64,000 nucleotides of DNA, taken from the sequence record PV159336; one strand, given 5' to 3'. The translations under genes and the position numbers were made by a program. How positions within the stretch are numbered: the first letter of the stretch is position 1; the number at the start of each line of letters is the position of its first letter. The DNA comes from Escherichia phage W22. The notes below the pieces were generated by a model, which worked only from the letters and a program-made list of their open reading frames with translations, was not told the origin of the DNA and did not search any database. Below, in pieces: positions 1-9,555 of the stretch.

Positions 1-18
1 GTCGTTCTAAAAAATAAC

Positions 19-47
19 TTGCAATAAGTCTGTTTTTGATGTATACT
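19..47 (+). promoter_or_regulatory. sigma70-like promoter candidate upstream of first structural gene
   Basis: -35 TTGCAA (19-24), 17-nt spacer, -10 TATACT (42-47), followed by AAGGAG RBS and ATG at 62. Confidence 0.3.
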
Positions 48-61
48 AAAAAGGAGATACA

Positions 62-478
62 ATGCTATTAGACCAATTTACTCTCCTTGATCTTACAACG
101 TATCAGGGTCGTAAAAGAACCTATGTTCAAGATCCTGATTCGCCAATTTCCAATATGGGTAATACAGTAGCATACGAAGACTTTACAATAGAGGCTGCAA
201 GTTTGCAACCAATATCAGGTAGAACACTTCAAGCACTGCCAGAAGGATACAGATCTAAGGCACAATATAGCTTCTGGACAAAAACAGAAATCAGAGGCAT
301 TCAGCAAGGATCAGATCAATTATCTGACCAAATACTAATAGATGGACAATGGTTTTCCATTTATTCTTTGAAAGACTGGACAAGAACATCTTTCTTAATA
401 CACACACATTGTGTTGCTATTCTAGATGACCAGAATAACACCTATTCTTATTCTGAGGAGGGTGGTAATTTTGGCTAA
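62..478 (+). CDS. hypothetical virion/tail-associated protein
   Basis: 138-aa ORF with strong RBS (AAAGGAG), immediately upstream of tail sheath operon; no recognisable motif. Confidence 0.4.
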   Translation: MLLDQFTLLDLTTYQGRKRTYVQDPDSPISNMGNTVAYEDFTIEAASLQPISGRTLQALPEGYRSKAQYSFWTKTEIRGIQQGSDQLSDQILIDGQWFSIYSLKDWTRTSFLIHTHCVAILDDQNNTYSYSEEGGNFG

Positions 479-1127
479 TATCTACGAACAAATTGAATTG
501 TATGAAAATACGATATTATTAAATGTCGCTAAGTTCTTACAAAGACTCGTGGGGCTTCCGGTTTATGTTATGGATAAGCCATTTGTTAAACCAACAACCC
601 CATATCTGACATTACGTATTGTATCATCTGATGATTCAGGTGGTTGGTCACAAAAATATTCTTTTAGTGAAGATGCGTTTTCATATCTAATGGACAATAA
701 GTATGAAATAGAACTTATGGCTTTTAGAGGAAGACCAATGACACTTTTAAGTTATGTTCTTGCGGCACTTCGTGGTGCAGATGAATTAAAATACCAGTAT
801 CTTTATTCCAAAGGTATTAGCTTTCTATCTGCAACAAATGTTGCACAAGCTAACACTGTTCTGGATGGAGATAAAACTGAACAAAGAGCGAGAATATTTC
901 TTACATTCAATACTACGATGGTTATTGAGGATTTAGTAACTACCGAAATTGAAGCAATTAATATGAACATTCATTCGTTCAGAGATGATTACGATGATCC
1001 TACTCCAATAGATCTTCCTTTGGACAAGATTTACATTGTTGCTCACAGAAGTAAAACTTATTACTTTACGACGACTGATGATGGATCATTAATTAAGTAT
1101 ATCCCAACGGATAATTCATTGGAATAA
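426..1127 (+). CDS. hypothetical structural protein (possible tail completion/neck)
   Basis: 233-aa ORF overlapping previous gene, same strand, position before sheath gene. Confidence 0.4.
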   Translation: MTRITPILILRRVVILANIYEQIELYENTILLNVAKFLQRLVGLPVYVMDKPFVKPTTPYLTLRIVSSDDSGGWSQKYSFSEDAFSYLMDNKYEIELMAFRGRPMTLLSYVLAALRGADELKYQYLYSKGISFLSATNVAQANTVLDGDKTEQRARIFLTFNTTMVIEDLVTTEIEAINMNIHSFRDDYDDPTPIDLPLDKIYIVAHRSKTYYFTTTDDGSLIKYIPTDNSLE

Positions 1128-1147
1128 AGTTTCTAACAGGAGCATAA

Positions 1148-2554
1148 ATGGCAACTTTTCGTGATAAGGTAGTTTCCGTAACCCTTACCTACGGTGCTAC
1201 TTCAATTAGTGAAACACAGTTTGATATCCCTCTAATTCTTACAGGGCATAATGTTACTGGCAATCTTGTAGATTATTTCACTTCTTCAGACGCACTTCTG
1301 CAAGCAGGTTTTGGCACTGCCGATCCAGCTTATAAAATGGCAAAACTACTATTTGACGGTCTGTTCGCACCAGAACAAGTTATCGTCGGTAAGCGTGATG
1401 TTTCTAAAACAACTCTAACTCCAGTAGTTGAATATAGTGCAACTTACGTTATCACTATTAAAGCAAATTCAAAAAGCAAGGACTTCAAGTTTGTTGCCGA
1501 TGATACTGCAACTGCTCAAGAGATTGTTGTTGGTTTAACAGAAATGATCAACGCAGACATGGTGTATAAAGAATTCTTCACTGTGTCAAACGATGGTAGT
1601 GTTATCACTGTAACCCCAGTTGCAGGTAAATACGCTACTATGGATAGTTCAGGATTCACAACTAAAGTAGAATATGCAAATGATATCTTAGAAGATATTG
1701 CTAAAATTGCAGATTATGAAAACAGTTGGTTCTGGTTACTATCTGATTCTCACGCAGAACAAGATATTATCGATCTAGCAGGTTATGTAGAAGAGCACGA
1801 TAAAGTGTATTTCTTCTCTACCTCGCAACCAGGTGTTCTAACTAAAGAAGAAGATAACATTCTAGAACGCTTAGGTGATATGGGCTACAATAACACTTGT
1901 ATGGCATTGTGGATGACTAACGCTGATACAGTGTTCCCAGAGGCTGCTGTAGTTGGTTCTATCTGCTCTGCAACACCAGGTACTACTACCCTGCATGGTA
2001 AAACCCTTGTTGGTATCGAGATTGAAAAACTTGGTCAGACAGCAGAAAACTTTATCGTTCAACAGAATGGTAATATTTACCGTAAAGAACACGGTGTTCT
2101 GTTCTACCGTGATGGTTTCATGGTTAGTGGTTTCTATGTTGACTATGTGGTACACGCTCTGTGGTTCAAAGCTCGTGTAGAAGAATCTCTGTTCGCTCTA
2201 TTTAAACAGCAATCTATGCTTGGTAGTGGTGTTAGAGCAACTTCTGCTGGTCTTGCTTTGATTCGTCAGGCTGTTACTGCAAACCCAATCCAAGTAGGTA
2301 TTAACAATGGTTCTATTGCCAATGAGGTAGTAACTTCAGAGGAAACAGGACTTCTGGTAAGCCTTAAACCTACTATCTATATCCCATCTCGTGCAGATAT
2401 GACTGATGCTCAAATCAATGCACGTTTGGTTGATGGTATGGTTATTGAATACGTATATGCTGGATTCTTCCACTATGTTAAAGTGCAGGTAAACGTTCTG
2501 ACGAACCGCACTGCAAATAGCCAGAATTCCAATAGCTCTACTGTATCTTCATAA
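1148..2554 (+). CDS. tail sheath protein (contractile tail)
   Basis: 468-aa protein directly upstream of tube gene; N-terminal region resembles sheath proteins; gene order sheath-tube-chaperone-tape measure. Confidence 0.6.
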   Translation: MATFRDKVVSVTLTYGATSISETQFDIPLILTGHNVTGNLVDYFTSSDALLQAGFGTADPAYKMAKLLFDGLFAPEQVIVGKRDVSKTTLTPVVEYSATYVITIKANSKSKDFKFVADDTATAQEIVVGLTEMINADMVYKEFFTVSNDGSVITVTPVAGKYATMDSSGFTTKVEYANDILEDIAKIADYENSWFWLLSDSHAEQDIIDLAGYVEEHDKVYFFSTSQPGVLTKEEDNILERLGDMGYNNTCMALWMTNADTVFPEAAVVGSICSATPGTTTLHGKTLVGIEIEKLGQTAENFIVQQNGNIYRKEHGVLFYRDGFMVSGFYVDYVVHALWFKARVEESLFALFKQQSMLGSGVRATSAGLALIRQAVTANPIQVGINNGSIANEVVTSEETGLLVSLKPTIYIPSRADMTDAQINARLVDGMVIEYVYAGFFHYVKVQVNVLTNRTANSQNSNSSTVSS

Positions 2555-2562
2555 TTAAAAGC

Positions 2563-2583
2563 AGCGGGGGAAACCCCGCTTAT
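2563..2583 (+). terminator. rho-independent terminator-like hairpin after sheath gene
   Basis: AGCGGGG-GAAA-CCCCGCT stem-loop immediately after stop codon. Confidence 0.45.
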
Positions 2584-2612
2584 ATGAAAAGTAGTATAAA
2601 AGGAGATCCACT

Positions 2613-3092
2613 TTGGATAAAATGCTTACTGGCGTAATGGCCTATGATCCTTCTCAAGTAATCCTGTCTTTGGGTGGTTGGGAACCTTGGGGTTTCGCCG
2701 CAGATACCAAAATTGTTATTAACAAAACTAACGATATCATCAACCCATATTCAGGTACTGATGGTGACGTTTCCTTGGCGCTTAGTCGTAACCGTTTAGG
2801 TACGCTAACAATGTCACTGCAACGTACTTCTCCAGCAAACGAAGTTCTTGCTGCTTATGCACAAACGATGTATTCTACTCGTCAAGTAGCATTTAGCGTA
2901 TATCTGGAAGACCCTCGCGGATATTATATCAGCACAATTGGTTGGATTCAAAGCCAACCGGACGATACTATTGGTGAAACTATTCAAGAAAACCAATGGG
3001 TAATTGGTCTTAAAGATGCAAGCCTACTTCGTTCTACTGTAGGTGTTGGTGTTAACGCACTTAACTCTATTAGTGCTCTAACTATTCAGTAA
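2613..3092 (+). CDS. tail tube protein
   Basis: 159-aa ORF after sheath; probable TTG start 7 nt after AAGGAG; size and position typical of tube protein. Confidence 0.55.
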   Translation: MDKMLTGVMAYDPSQVILSLGGWEPWGFAADTKIVINKTNDIINPYSGTDGDVSLALSRNRLGTLTMSLQRTSPANEVLAAYAQTMYSTRQVAFSVYLEDPRGYYISTIGWIQSQPDDTIGETIQENQWVIGLKDASLLRSTVGVGVNALNSISALTIQ

Positions 3093-3094
3093 TA

Positions 3095-3121
3095 AAAAGG
3101 GCAGAAATGCCCTTTATTTTT
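3095..3121 (+). terminator. rho-independent terminator after tube gene
   Basis: AAGGGCA-GAAA-TGCCCTT hairpin followed by TATTTTT. Confidence 0.5.
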
Positions 3122-3135
3122 AAAGAGAGGAAATA

Positions 3136-3618
3136 ATGGAACAACAAAAAGATAATACTATTGCAAAATTTGCTCGTCCAGAAGTAATGGTTGAAATTGA
3201 TCTGGATGAAGGACGCAGTGTAAAATTTAGAGTTCTCAAGTGGAGTCCAACTAAAGTTTTTGAAAGGATTCCAGAACTAGGTAGTGTACTGGCTGTTCCT
3301 ATGACAATGTATAATACTGCTCTTATGTCAGCAGACGAAGATCTAGAAGCTCGTATTGCTATGGCACTGATCCAATTATTCAGTGGTCTGGAAGAAAAAA
3401 ACTTAGCCGCATTCTTACGTAAAATTTTAGATGAAGTTTACACAGAAGCAGGACACAGTGTTTCCGATAATTTTGATGAATTGTTTTTTGCTCACCCAGA
3501 ATTAGTTGTTGACTTAGCTGCAAAAGTTCTTGAGGTGAACTATGCCCCTTTTTTCAAACGAGGTTTCGGAAAACTGTTGACCCAATTTCAAGGAATAGAG
3601 ACTCTAGCGAAGAGTTAA
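3136..3618 (+). CDS. tail assembly chaperone (gpG-like)
   Basis: 160-aa acidic protein immediately upstream of tape measure gene; followed by overlapping -1 frame ORF. Confidence 0.45.
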   Translation: MEQQKDNTIAKFARPEVMVEIDLDEGRSVKFRVLKWSPTKVFERIPELGSVLAVPMTMYNTALMSADEDLEARIAMALIQLFSGLEEKNLAAFLRKILDEVYTEAGHSVSDNFDELFFAHPELVVDLAAKVLEVNYAPFFKRGFGKLLTQFQGIETLAKS

Positions 3619-3893
3619 GTCCGGCAATTAAATCAGCAATTGAAATTGCCTCACAAACCCTTAGCTTGACATGGTATGAAGTAATTCTTTGTAAGGTAAT
3701 TAAGAATACCTCCGAAACCTTGTCCTCGTTAGATAATTATGGTGTAGATTATCTACTTAAAATTTATGAATATTTAACATTTGAAGACTATGTACAAGAT
3801 CTTCACGTTAAAGATGCGGATATTAAACGTGGTCAACAGAGAACAATAAGAGAACTGGATACGGCTATGAAAAAATTAATTCCAGATTCATAA
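3534..3893 (+). CDS. frameshift extension of tail assembly chaperone (gpGT-like), -1 frame
   Basis: Open -1 frame overlapping last 85 nt of chaperone ORF and running to 3893; ORF track reports only a TTG-initiated 75-aa piece (3666..3893). Confidence 0.35.
   Translation, partial: GELCPFFQTRFRKTVDPISRNRDSSEELSPAIKSAIEIASQTLSLTWYEVILCKVIKNTSETLSSLDNYGVDYLLKIYEYLTFEDYVQDLHVKDADIKRGQQRTIRELDTAMKKLIPDS
3549..3555 (+). other. candidate -1 programmed ribosomal frameshift slippery heptamer T_TTT_TTC
   Basis: Run of six T then C in zero frame of chaperone ORF (codons CCT TTT TTC); the -1 frame is open from 3534 to 3893. Confidence 0.35.
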
Positions 3894-3912
3894 GTAATAC
3901 GGAGGATTACCC

Positions 3913-5892
3913 TTGTTAGAAATTAACACTTCCAAGATTAAGAATACAGTAACGTTTACTGTAGATAAAGACAGTTTAAAAAATACTAAAGACGCAATTA
4001 AAAACCTTAAAACTTTTACAGAATCTATTGAACCATCTTTAAATATGACTAAAATGCGTCGTCAATTTAAAAGTATGGAAGAGTATGCTAAAAGAATAAG
4101 GCAGCAAATGTCAGGTCTTGGCGGCGGTAATCCTCCACCAATCCCACCAACCGGAGGTTCAAGAGGTGGTGGAAAAGGAGGAAGTGGTAGAGGTGGTTCT
4201 GGATCTTCTGGAGGACGTAAAACACCAGAGGAAAGAGCCGCAGAAGCCGCCGCTAAACGTGCAGCACTTGCTAATATGAAGCAAGACGATTTTAGTTTTA
4301 AAGCTATGCCTTTTACAAAAGCAGACAGCAGAATTCTAGAAAAATCTAAAAAGATTGTAGAAGAAACTGTTGAACTTTATCGTAAAGGTGTAATCACTAG
4401 CCAACAAATGAATAATACTTTGGCTAGACAGTTAGAAGAACTACGAAGATCTCATAGAGAGAAGAATGCACAACTTCTTGATGAAGAGAGAGCTAGACGT
4501 AGAATTGCCCGTCTGCAAGAAGCAGAAGATAAAAGAAGACAGCGTATCCGAGAAAGAGAAAGAAAGGATTTCGAACGTCAGCAAAGAAGAGAGAAAGAAG
4601 CAAGACAACGAGATAGACAACGTAAGCTATCTGGTGTAGGTAATGCTGCTATTGCTCTTAACCCTGCTATGTTTGGTGCTGCTCTTTTAGGTGCTGGTTT
4701 ATATCAAGGTATAAGCAAAATAGCTGAAAATATTACAGCGGCGGCAGAACGTATTAATATGGTTAGTAAAGGTGGTCAGAACGTACAGGTAAACCCTAAC
4801 GCAATTTTAACAATGCGTACTTGGGGTGAAATGAACGGTGTAGACTCTGCCAGCATTATTAAAGCCATTGACAATATTAAAGACGTTCGTGAACGTTTAG
4901 GTAATACTGTACTCCACTCTGAATTTGATGAAAAATCAGGTAAATGGAAAGGTGGAGACAGTGGTATTAATGAAATCATGAACCAATTTGGTTGGTCGAA
5001 AGAAGATGTTGCTAAATTCCAGAACAGACCTCTAGACTTTGTTCAAGCACTTGTTAATGAAGGTCAAAAAAGAGGAATGAACTCCGCGCAAATTGGTCGT
5101 TTGATGGAAAACCTTGGTGATGACTTAATGCACTACCAACGTATGTTTTTGGATAACGGTAAAGAGTATATGAAAGTCTTGGATATGTTAAAAAATTCAG
5201 GAGCAACTCTTAACGATGAAAACATCAAAGCAGCACAAGATTTTGTTAAACTAAGAGCAGAAATTAGTGCAGCAGGAGAAGGTTTTACCAATAACTTACT
5301 TGTAGGTTTTATGGATGGTTTAAAATCTGCACCAGATTTTGCAGAAAATATGAAAACTTTCCAAGAAGCTGCTCGTGGTCTTGGTGAAATGTCTGGTAGT
5401 ATTGTAAGTAGCCTTGCAAAAATTGCAAAATATTTCCTTGATTTTTCCAATAAGGTTGGGCCAAAAAACAATACTAAAGAAGCTGTAAGAGATTATTATA
5501 ATGGTACGCAGTATGGGTACGATGCACAGGTTGGTGGTAATCCTTGGGCTTATTGGCCTATTGGAAGAGATCAACATAAACCTGAAAATCAACCTTTAGG
5601 TGACTTTGATAGTAGTTTCTTAACTAGCGCCTTAAATCCAAGTGCTTCTAGTATTGGTTACAACAGACCTGATTTAACAGCATCTATGCTAACACCACGC
5701 CAAGGTGTTCCAGTACCGTTAAGTCTAGAGAATACGGTTGTTATCCCAGACAACGCATTCCAGATTAATGTTATTCCAGATGGTTATGGTTTTAGTAATT
5801 ATCTAGATGCGACAATGAATACCAGTTTTAGTAACTTCTCACAAGGTTTAACTCTTCAGTTAAGCAGTGGACAATCTTCTACTGGTGGTTAA
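3913..5892 (+). CDS. tail tape measure protein
   Basis: 659 aa; Gly-rich segment (GGGNPPPIPPTGGSRGGGKGGSGRGGSGSSGG), long Arg/Glu-rich coiled coil, position after chaperone pair; TTG start 6 nt after GGAGGA. Confidence 0.7.
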   Translation: MLEINTSKIKNTVTFTVDKDSLKNTKDAIKNLKTFTESIEPSLNMTKMRRQFKSMEEYAKRIRQQMSGLGGGNPPPIPPTGGSRGGGKGGSGRGGSGSSGGRKTPEERAAEAAAKRAALANMKQDDFSFKAMPFTKADSRILEKSKKIVEETVELYRKGVITSQQMNNTLARQLEELRRSHREKNAQLLDEERARRRIARLQEAEDKRRQRIRERERKDFERQQRREKEARQRDRQRKLSGVGNAAIALNPAMFGAALLGAGLYQGISKIAENITAAAERINMVSKGGQNVQVNPNAILTMRTWGEMNGVDSASIIKAIDNIKDVRERLGNTVLHSEFDEKSGKWKGGDSGINEIMNQFGWSKEDVAKFQNRPLDFVQALVNEGQKRGMNSAQIGRLMENLGDDLMHYQRMFLDNGKEYMKVLDMLKNSGATLNDENIKAAQDFVKLRAEISAAGEGFTNNLLVGFMDGLKSAPDFAENMKTFQEAARGLGEMSGSIVSSLAKIAKYFLDFSNKVGPKNNTKEAVRDYYNGTQYGYDAQVGGNPWAYWPIGRDQHKPENQPLGDFDSSFLTSALNPSASSIGYNRPDLTASMLTPRQGVPVPLSLENTVVIPDNAFQINVIPDGYGFSNYLDATMNTSFSNFSQGLTLQLSSGQSSTGG

Positions 5893-5897
5893 TGCAT

Positions 5898-5928
5898 AAA
5901 GCCTCGCTTCGGCGGGGCTTTTTATTTG
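5898..5928 (+). terminator. rho-independent terminator after tape measure gene
   Basis: AAGCCTCGC-TTCG-GCGGGGCTT hairpin followed by TTTATTTG. Confidence 0.55.
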
Positions 5929-5930
5929 TC

Positions 5931-5960
5931 TTGACAAAGAGTTGTTTTTCGTGATAAAAT
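5931..5960 (+). promoter_or_regulatory. sigma70-like promoter with extended -10
   Basis: -35 TTGACA (5931-5936), 18-nt spacer, TG at 5952-5953, -10 TAAAAT (5955-5960); same TGTGATAAAATGA string recurs at 17404. Confidence 0.4.
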
Positions 5961-6007
5961 GAGTGATAAGGGAGAATGTTTCTTATCACATTAAGAGGTA
6001 AAATTAT

Positions 6008-6718
6008 ATGGCAGCAAACACTCCAGAACAACACGTTCAAGCGGTTTATAAAGCGGAACAAGATATAAATTCTACAAAAAACACAAATAACTCTGCCTCT
6101 ACTGTGAAAGGGGAGAATGGTTTTTGTATTTTAGCAAGTGTTTACAATAGTGCAAGTGATCAATATATTCAAAACTACCAGGCTATAGTTTTTGATGCTG
6201 TGCCAAATATCGGTGTAAAACGCCAAGCAGATGTTACTAGCTATCCTGTAGAAAATGGTGCTAATGTATCGGATCACGTTCAAGTTAAAAATAATACTTT
6301 CTCTTTATCAGGAATGATTACAGAGACACCTGTAAGATTGATGCGAGATATGCTATATAGTGCTGGTGTTAACGGTACTCGTATCAGTCAAGCAATTACT
6401 TATTTAGATAAAATATTTGATGAAAGACAGCCTATCATTTTAATAACAGAACATAAGGTGTATGAGAATGTTATTTTGAAAGGCATATCATATGAATATC
6501 AAACAGAATATGCAATGCAATTTGACTTGGAATTTGAACAAGTAAGATTAGTTTCCTACGGGGAAACAAATGCTATTGCACTTAAGACAAAACCAAATAA
6601 GAATACAGGTGTTAAAAACAAGAAAGGTACTAGTCCAGATGCTGATTTGGATGCAAGAACAGGGAAAGCAACTGGTACAGAACATCTTAGTGATCACAGT
6701 GCAGATGGTAAAAAATAA
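6008..6718 (+). CDS. hypothetical tail/baseplate protein
   Basis: 236-aa ORF, first gene after tape measure terminator/promoter. Confidence 0.35.
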   Translation: MAANTPEQHVQAVYKAEQDINSTKNTNNSASTVKGENGFCILASVYNSASDQYIQNYQAIVFDAVPNIGVKRQADVTSYPVENGANVSDHVQVKNNTFSLSGMITETPVRLMRDMLYSAGVNGTRISQAITYLDKIFDERQPIILITEHKVYENVILKGISYEYQTEYAMQFDLEFEQVRLVSYGETNAIALKTKPNKNTGVKNKKGTSPDADLDARTGKATGTEHLSDHSADGKK

Positions 6719-6729
6719 GGAGAAAATTT

Positions 6730-7149
6730 TTGGCTATTTCATCTTATTCAAAGATCAGTAGAAGCACATCTAATAGTGGCTACAATGCAGTATTTATTGA
6801 TCGAAATTTAGGTTATTATTCTTGGTACTTACCTACAGAACAGTACCCAGACCAAACATATACGGTAACTCTCGATGGAGTAGATTATGATATACGTTTG
6901 AGATGGAATACAAGAGATCAAGCGTGGCAAATGCAATTAGGATTATCAGGAGACAATCCTAGTGTAACTTTTAAAGTAACTAATGGTTTAGATCTTCTAG
7001 AACCATATAAGTATATAGAATCTGTACCGGATGGTCAACTCTATTTGGTAGATACTGTTAAAATAAACGGTAGACCTAATTACTATGACACAGGTGTAGA
7101 TAAAAGATTTGCTTTGGTTTATATCGACGCTCTTCCATATCAAGCATGA
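6730..7149 (+). CDS. hypothetical tail/baseplate protein
   Basis: 139-aa ORF; TTG start 7 nt after AAGGAG. Confidence 0.35.
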   Translation: MAISSYSKISRSTSNSGYNAVFIDRNLGYYSWYLPTEQYPDQTYTVTLDGVDYDIRLRWNTRDQAWQMQLGLSGDNPSVTFKVTNGLDLLEPYKYIESVPDGQLYLVDTVKINGRPNYYDTGVDKRFALVYIDALPYQA

Positions 7150-7165
7150 TAAAAGGAGTTTTTAA

Positions 7166-8176
7166 ATGGCAGAAGAAAGAAATTACACAAAAGCTCCTGC
7201 ACCAAATCTAAACAGAGCATACAAACTGTTAATAGGTACAGCTACTAATACTAAAGAAAAAAGGACAAAAAATTCCTCTTTCAAATCTACAGTAGACTTA
7301 GATACTAAACTAGGGGATGCTAAAAAATCAACCCCTAATTTGTATGTTATTACGGAGCACCAAATATCTTTCACAATAAGAAAAGATAATAATAAAGATC
7401 CTAATCAAGCCGAGATAACTATTTATAACCTAAGTGATGATACTGTTAATTATATTAACAAAGGTATTCGTAACAACTTGGCTGTTGCTTTGGCAGTAGG
7501 TTATGAAGGTCAAGAGTTAATTATGATCTTTAAGGGAACGGTGCAGTGGGTGAGTGATACCTTTAACAATACAGACAGACGTACAGTGTTACATTGTCTG
7601 GATGGTGGTATTAACATCTCCGAAGCAAGGACAAGCAGAAGTTATCCGAAAGGTACAAAAGTAAGTAAGGTTGTTAAAGATTTAGTTAAAGATTTAGGTA
7701 CTACAGAAGGTAATATTCACGTAGATACAGAGAAAACTTTATCATCTGCAACAGCTATGTGTGGGAACACATCACATTACTTAGAAAGTATCTGTAAAGG
7801 TATTGATCATAATGTGTCAATACAAGACGGATCTGTTTACGTGACACCAAGATCACAAATGTCTAGTGCAAGATGTGCATATATTAGCGCAGAAACAGGT
7901 TTAATTGGTAGTCCAGAACCTTTCCACAATGATATTAAACCGACACAAAAAGTAACCAAATCTTCTAAGAAAGCTAAAAAGCCTACAGATGGTGTTAAGT
8001 TCAGATGTGAGATGAACGGTGCTATTTTACCAGAAAAAACTGTTTGGCTCAAGAGCCATAACTACGATGGTGGTTTTAAGGTGGTGTCTGTTGTTCATAC
8101 AGGCGATAGGGAAGGTAAAGACTGGACAACTGAAGTAGAGTCTGTATCTGTATCTGCAATTATTAAGAAGGGCTAG
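7166..8176 (+). CDS. putative baseplate hub/tail protein
   Basis: 336 aa, position between tape measure and spike gene; assignment by synteny only. Confidence 0.3.
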   Translation: MAEERNYTKAPAPNLNRAYKLLIGTATNTKEKRTKNSSFKSTVDLDTKLGDAKKSTPNLYVITEHQISFTIRKDNNKDPNQAEITIYNLSDDTVNYINKGIRNNLAVALAVGYEGQELIMIFKGTVQWVSDTFNNTDRRTVLHCLDGGINISEARTSRSYPKGTKVSKVVKDLVKDLGTTEGNIHVDTEKTLSSATAMCGNTSHYLESICKGIDHNVSIQDGSVYVTPRSQMSSARCAYISAETGLIGSPEPFHNDIKPTQKVTKSSKKAKKPTDGVKFRCEMNGAILPEKTVWLKSHNYDGGFKVVSVVHTGDREGKDWTTEVESVSVSAIIKKG

Positions 8177-8178
8177 AA

Positions 8179-8916
8179 ATGGATGCTTTAAATTTTGTAA
8201 CAGCAATCCGTGGATTAATCAACGAGCAAGTTGCGGAAGTACATACATCTTTACCTGTAAGGGTAATTGGTGTAGATTATGGATCTAAGACAGTAACTTT
8301 AGAATCTATCGTAAAGAATACCAGATCTACTGAAGATGAAATAGATTACCCAACATTCCACGATGTTCCTTTTATGGTAAATGGTGGTGGTACAGGTAGA
8401 ATTTCATTTCCAATTAAAGCAGGAGATATTGGTGTTGTTGTCTTTTCAGAAAGAGATCCGTCGAATGCTTTCCAGACAGACGGAGATACAGCCAGTAGCG
8501 GAACATTAATTCAACCTTGTGGTTTGTATCCAGCCTGTTTTATTCCTAAGATAGCAACAGCTACGGATTCTTCTGAAGAAGTAGATTCTGAAAAAGTTGT
8601 TATCTCAAATAATAAGCAAACTTACGCTTCGTTTGATCCTAACGGTAATATATCTGTGTACAACACACAAGGTATGAAAATAGATATGACACCAGACAGT
8701 ATCGTTCTTACTGATGCAGGAGGAGGAAAACTTACACTGCAAGGTGGGACTATGACATATAAAGGTGGTACTGTAAATTTAAACGGTTTAACAATCACAC
8801 CTGACGGTCGTATGAAAGATAGTGGTGGCATTGGTTTACACACACATACACACCCTGTACGCGGTGTTGAAACTGGTGGTAGCACTGTTACTTCCGACAA
8901 ACCAAATGGAGGTTAA
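8179..8916 (+). CDS. baseplate central spike protein (gpV/gp5-like)
   Basis: 245 aa; N-terminal region resembles gpV-type spikes, Gly-rich beta-rich C-terminus ending in His-rich tip (HTHTHP). Confidence 0.5.
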   Translation: MDALNFVTAIRGLINEQVAEVHTSLPVRVIGVDYGSKTVTLESIVKNTRSTEDEIDYPTFHDVPFMVNGGGTGRISFPIKAGDIGVVVFSERDPSNAFQTDGDTASSGTLIQPCGLYPACFIPKIATATDSSEEVDSEKVVISNNKQTYASFDPNGNISVYNTQGMKIDMTPDSIVLTDAGGGKLTLQGGTMTYKGGTVNLNGLTITPDGRMKDSGGIGLHTHTHPVRGVETGGSTVTSDKPNGG

Positions 8917-8919
8917 CAG

Positions 8920-9555
8920 ATGGGAATACCATTTGATTTAAAACTTGATGGTTCTAACGATTTAGTAATGGTGGATGGTGATTTAACACTAACCACAACT
9001 AAAAGTGAAATTGCAGCACAGACGCTTGGAATAACACTTAGAACTTTCCGTGGAGAATGGTTCCTCAATTCTAATTTTGGGGTTCCATATCTGCAAGAGA
9101 TTATTGGTGTTGCCAAGAAGAAAGAGATTGTTGATCGCATTTTCTTATCAACTATCGCAAGTAATGTTTATATAGATAATATTAATTCCTACACATCCTC
9201 TTATGATAGAGATGATAGGTATTACTCAATGAACGTTACTGTTACAGTTGGTGAACAAGTTGTTAGTGCGCTGTTCAGTACACAGCCGTCTGAAGAATAT
9301 ATCTATCCAGAAGCTGGTGATGATAATGCAGCAATCACTTGTGAAGCATTTGAAATTGTTGAATCTGCAAATAGACTCTATCGCTTTATTAACATTGTTG
9401 GTCTTCCTAGAAATACTTATTCTACTTGGTGGAATGAGTGGTCTAACGAGGCATTGATTGAAAAATACCTTGTTAACGAAGCCAATAAAGGTCTTGCAAC
9501 CAATTACAACTATGCTATAACAGCAACAATGGGAGCTACAAACAATAATGGCTGA
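8920..9555 (+). CDS. baseplate protein, GPW/gp25-like
   Basis: Motif TLRTFRGEWFLNSNFGVPY resembles GPW/gp25 family core (GER...P.FG); follows spike gene. Confidence 0.45.
   Translation: MGIPFDLKLDGSNDLVMVDGDLTLTTTKSEIAAQTLGITLRTFRGEWFLNSNFGVPYLQEIIGVAKKKEIVDRIFLSTIASNVYIDNINSYTSSYDRDDRYYSMNVTVTVGEQVVSALFSTQPSEEYIYPEAGDDNAAITCEAFEIVESANRLYRFINIVGLPRNTYSTWWNEWSNEALIEKYLVNEANKGLATNYNYAITATMGATNNNG

Noticed and set aside
3666-3893. Stand-alone 75-aa TTG-initiated ORF
   Set aside because: The same frame is open upstream to 3534 and overlaps the chaperone gene; better explained as the -1 frameshift extension (G/GT-like) than as an independent gene.
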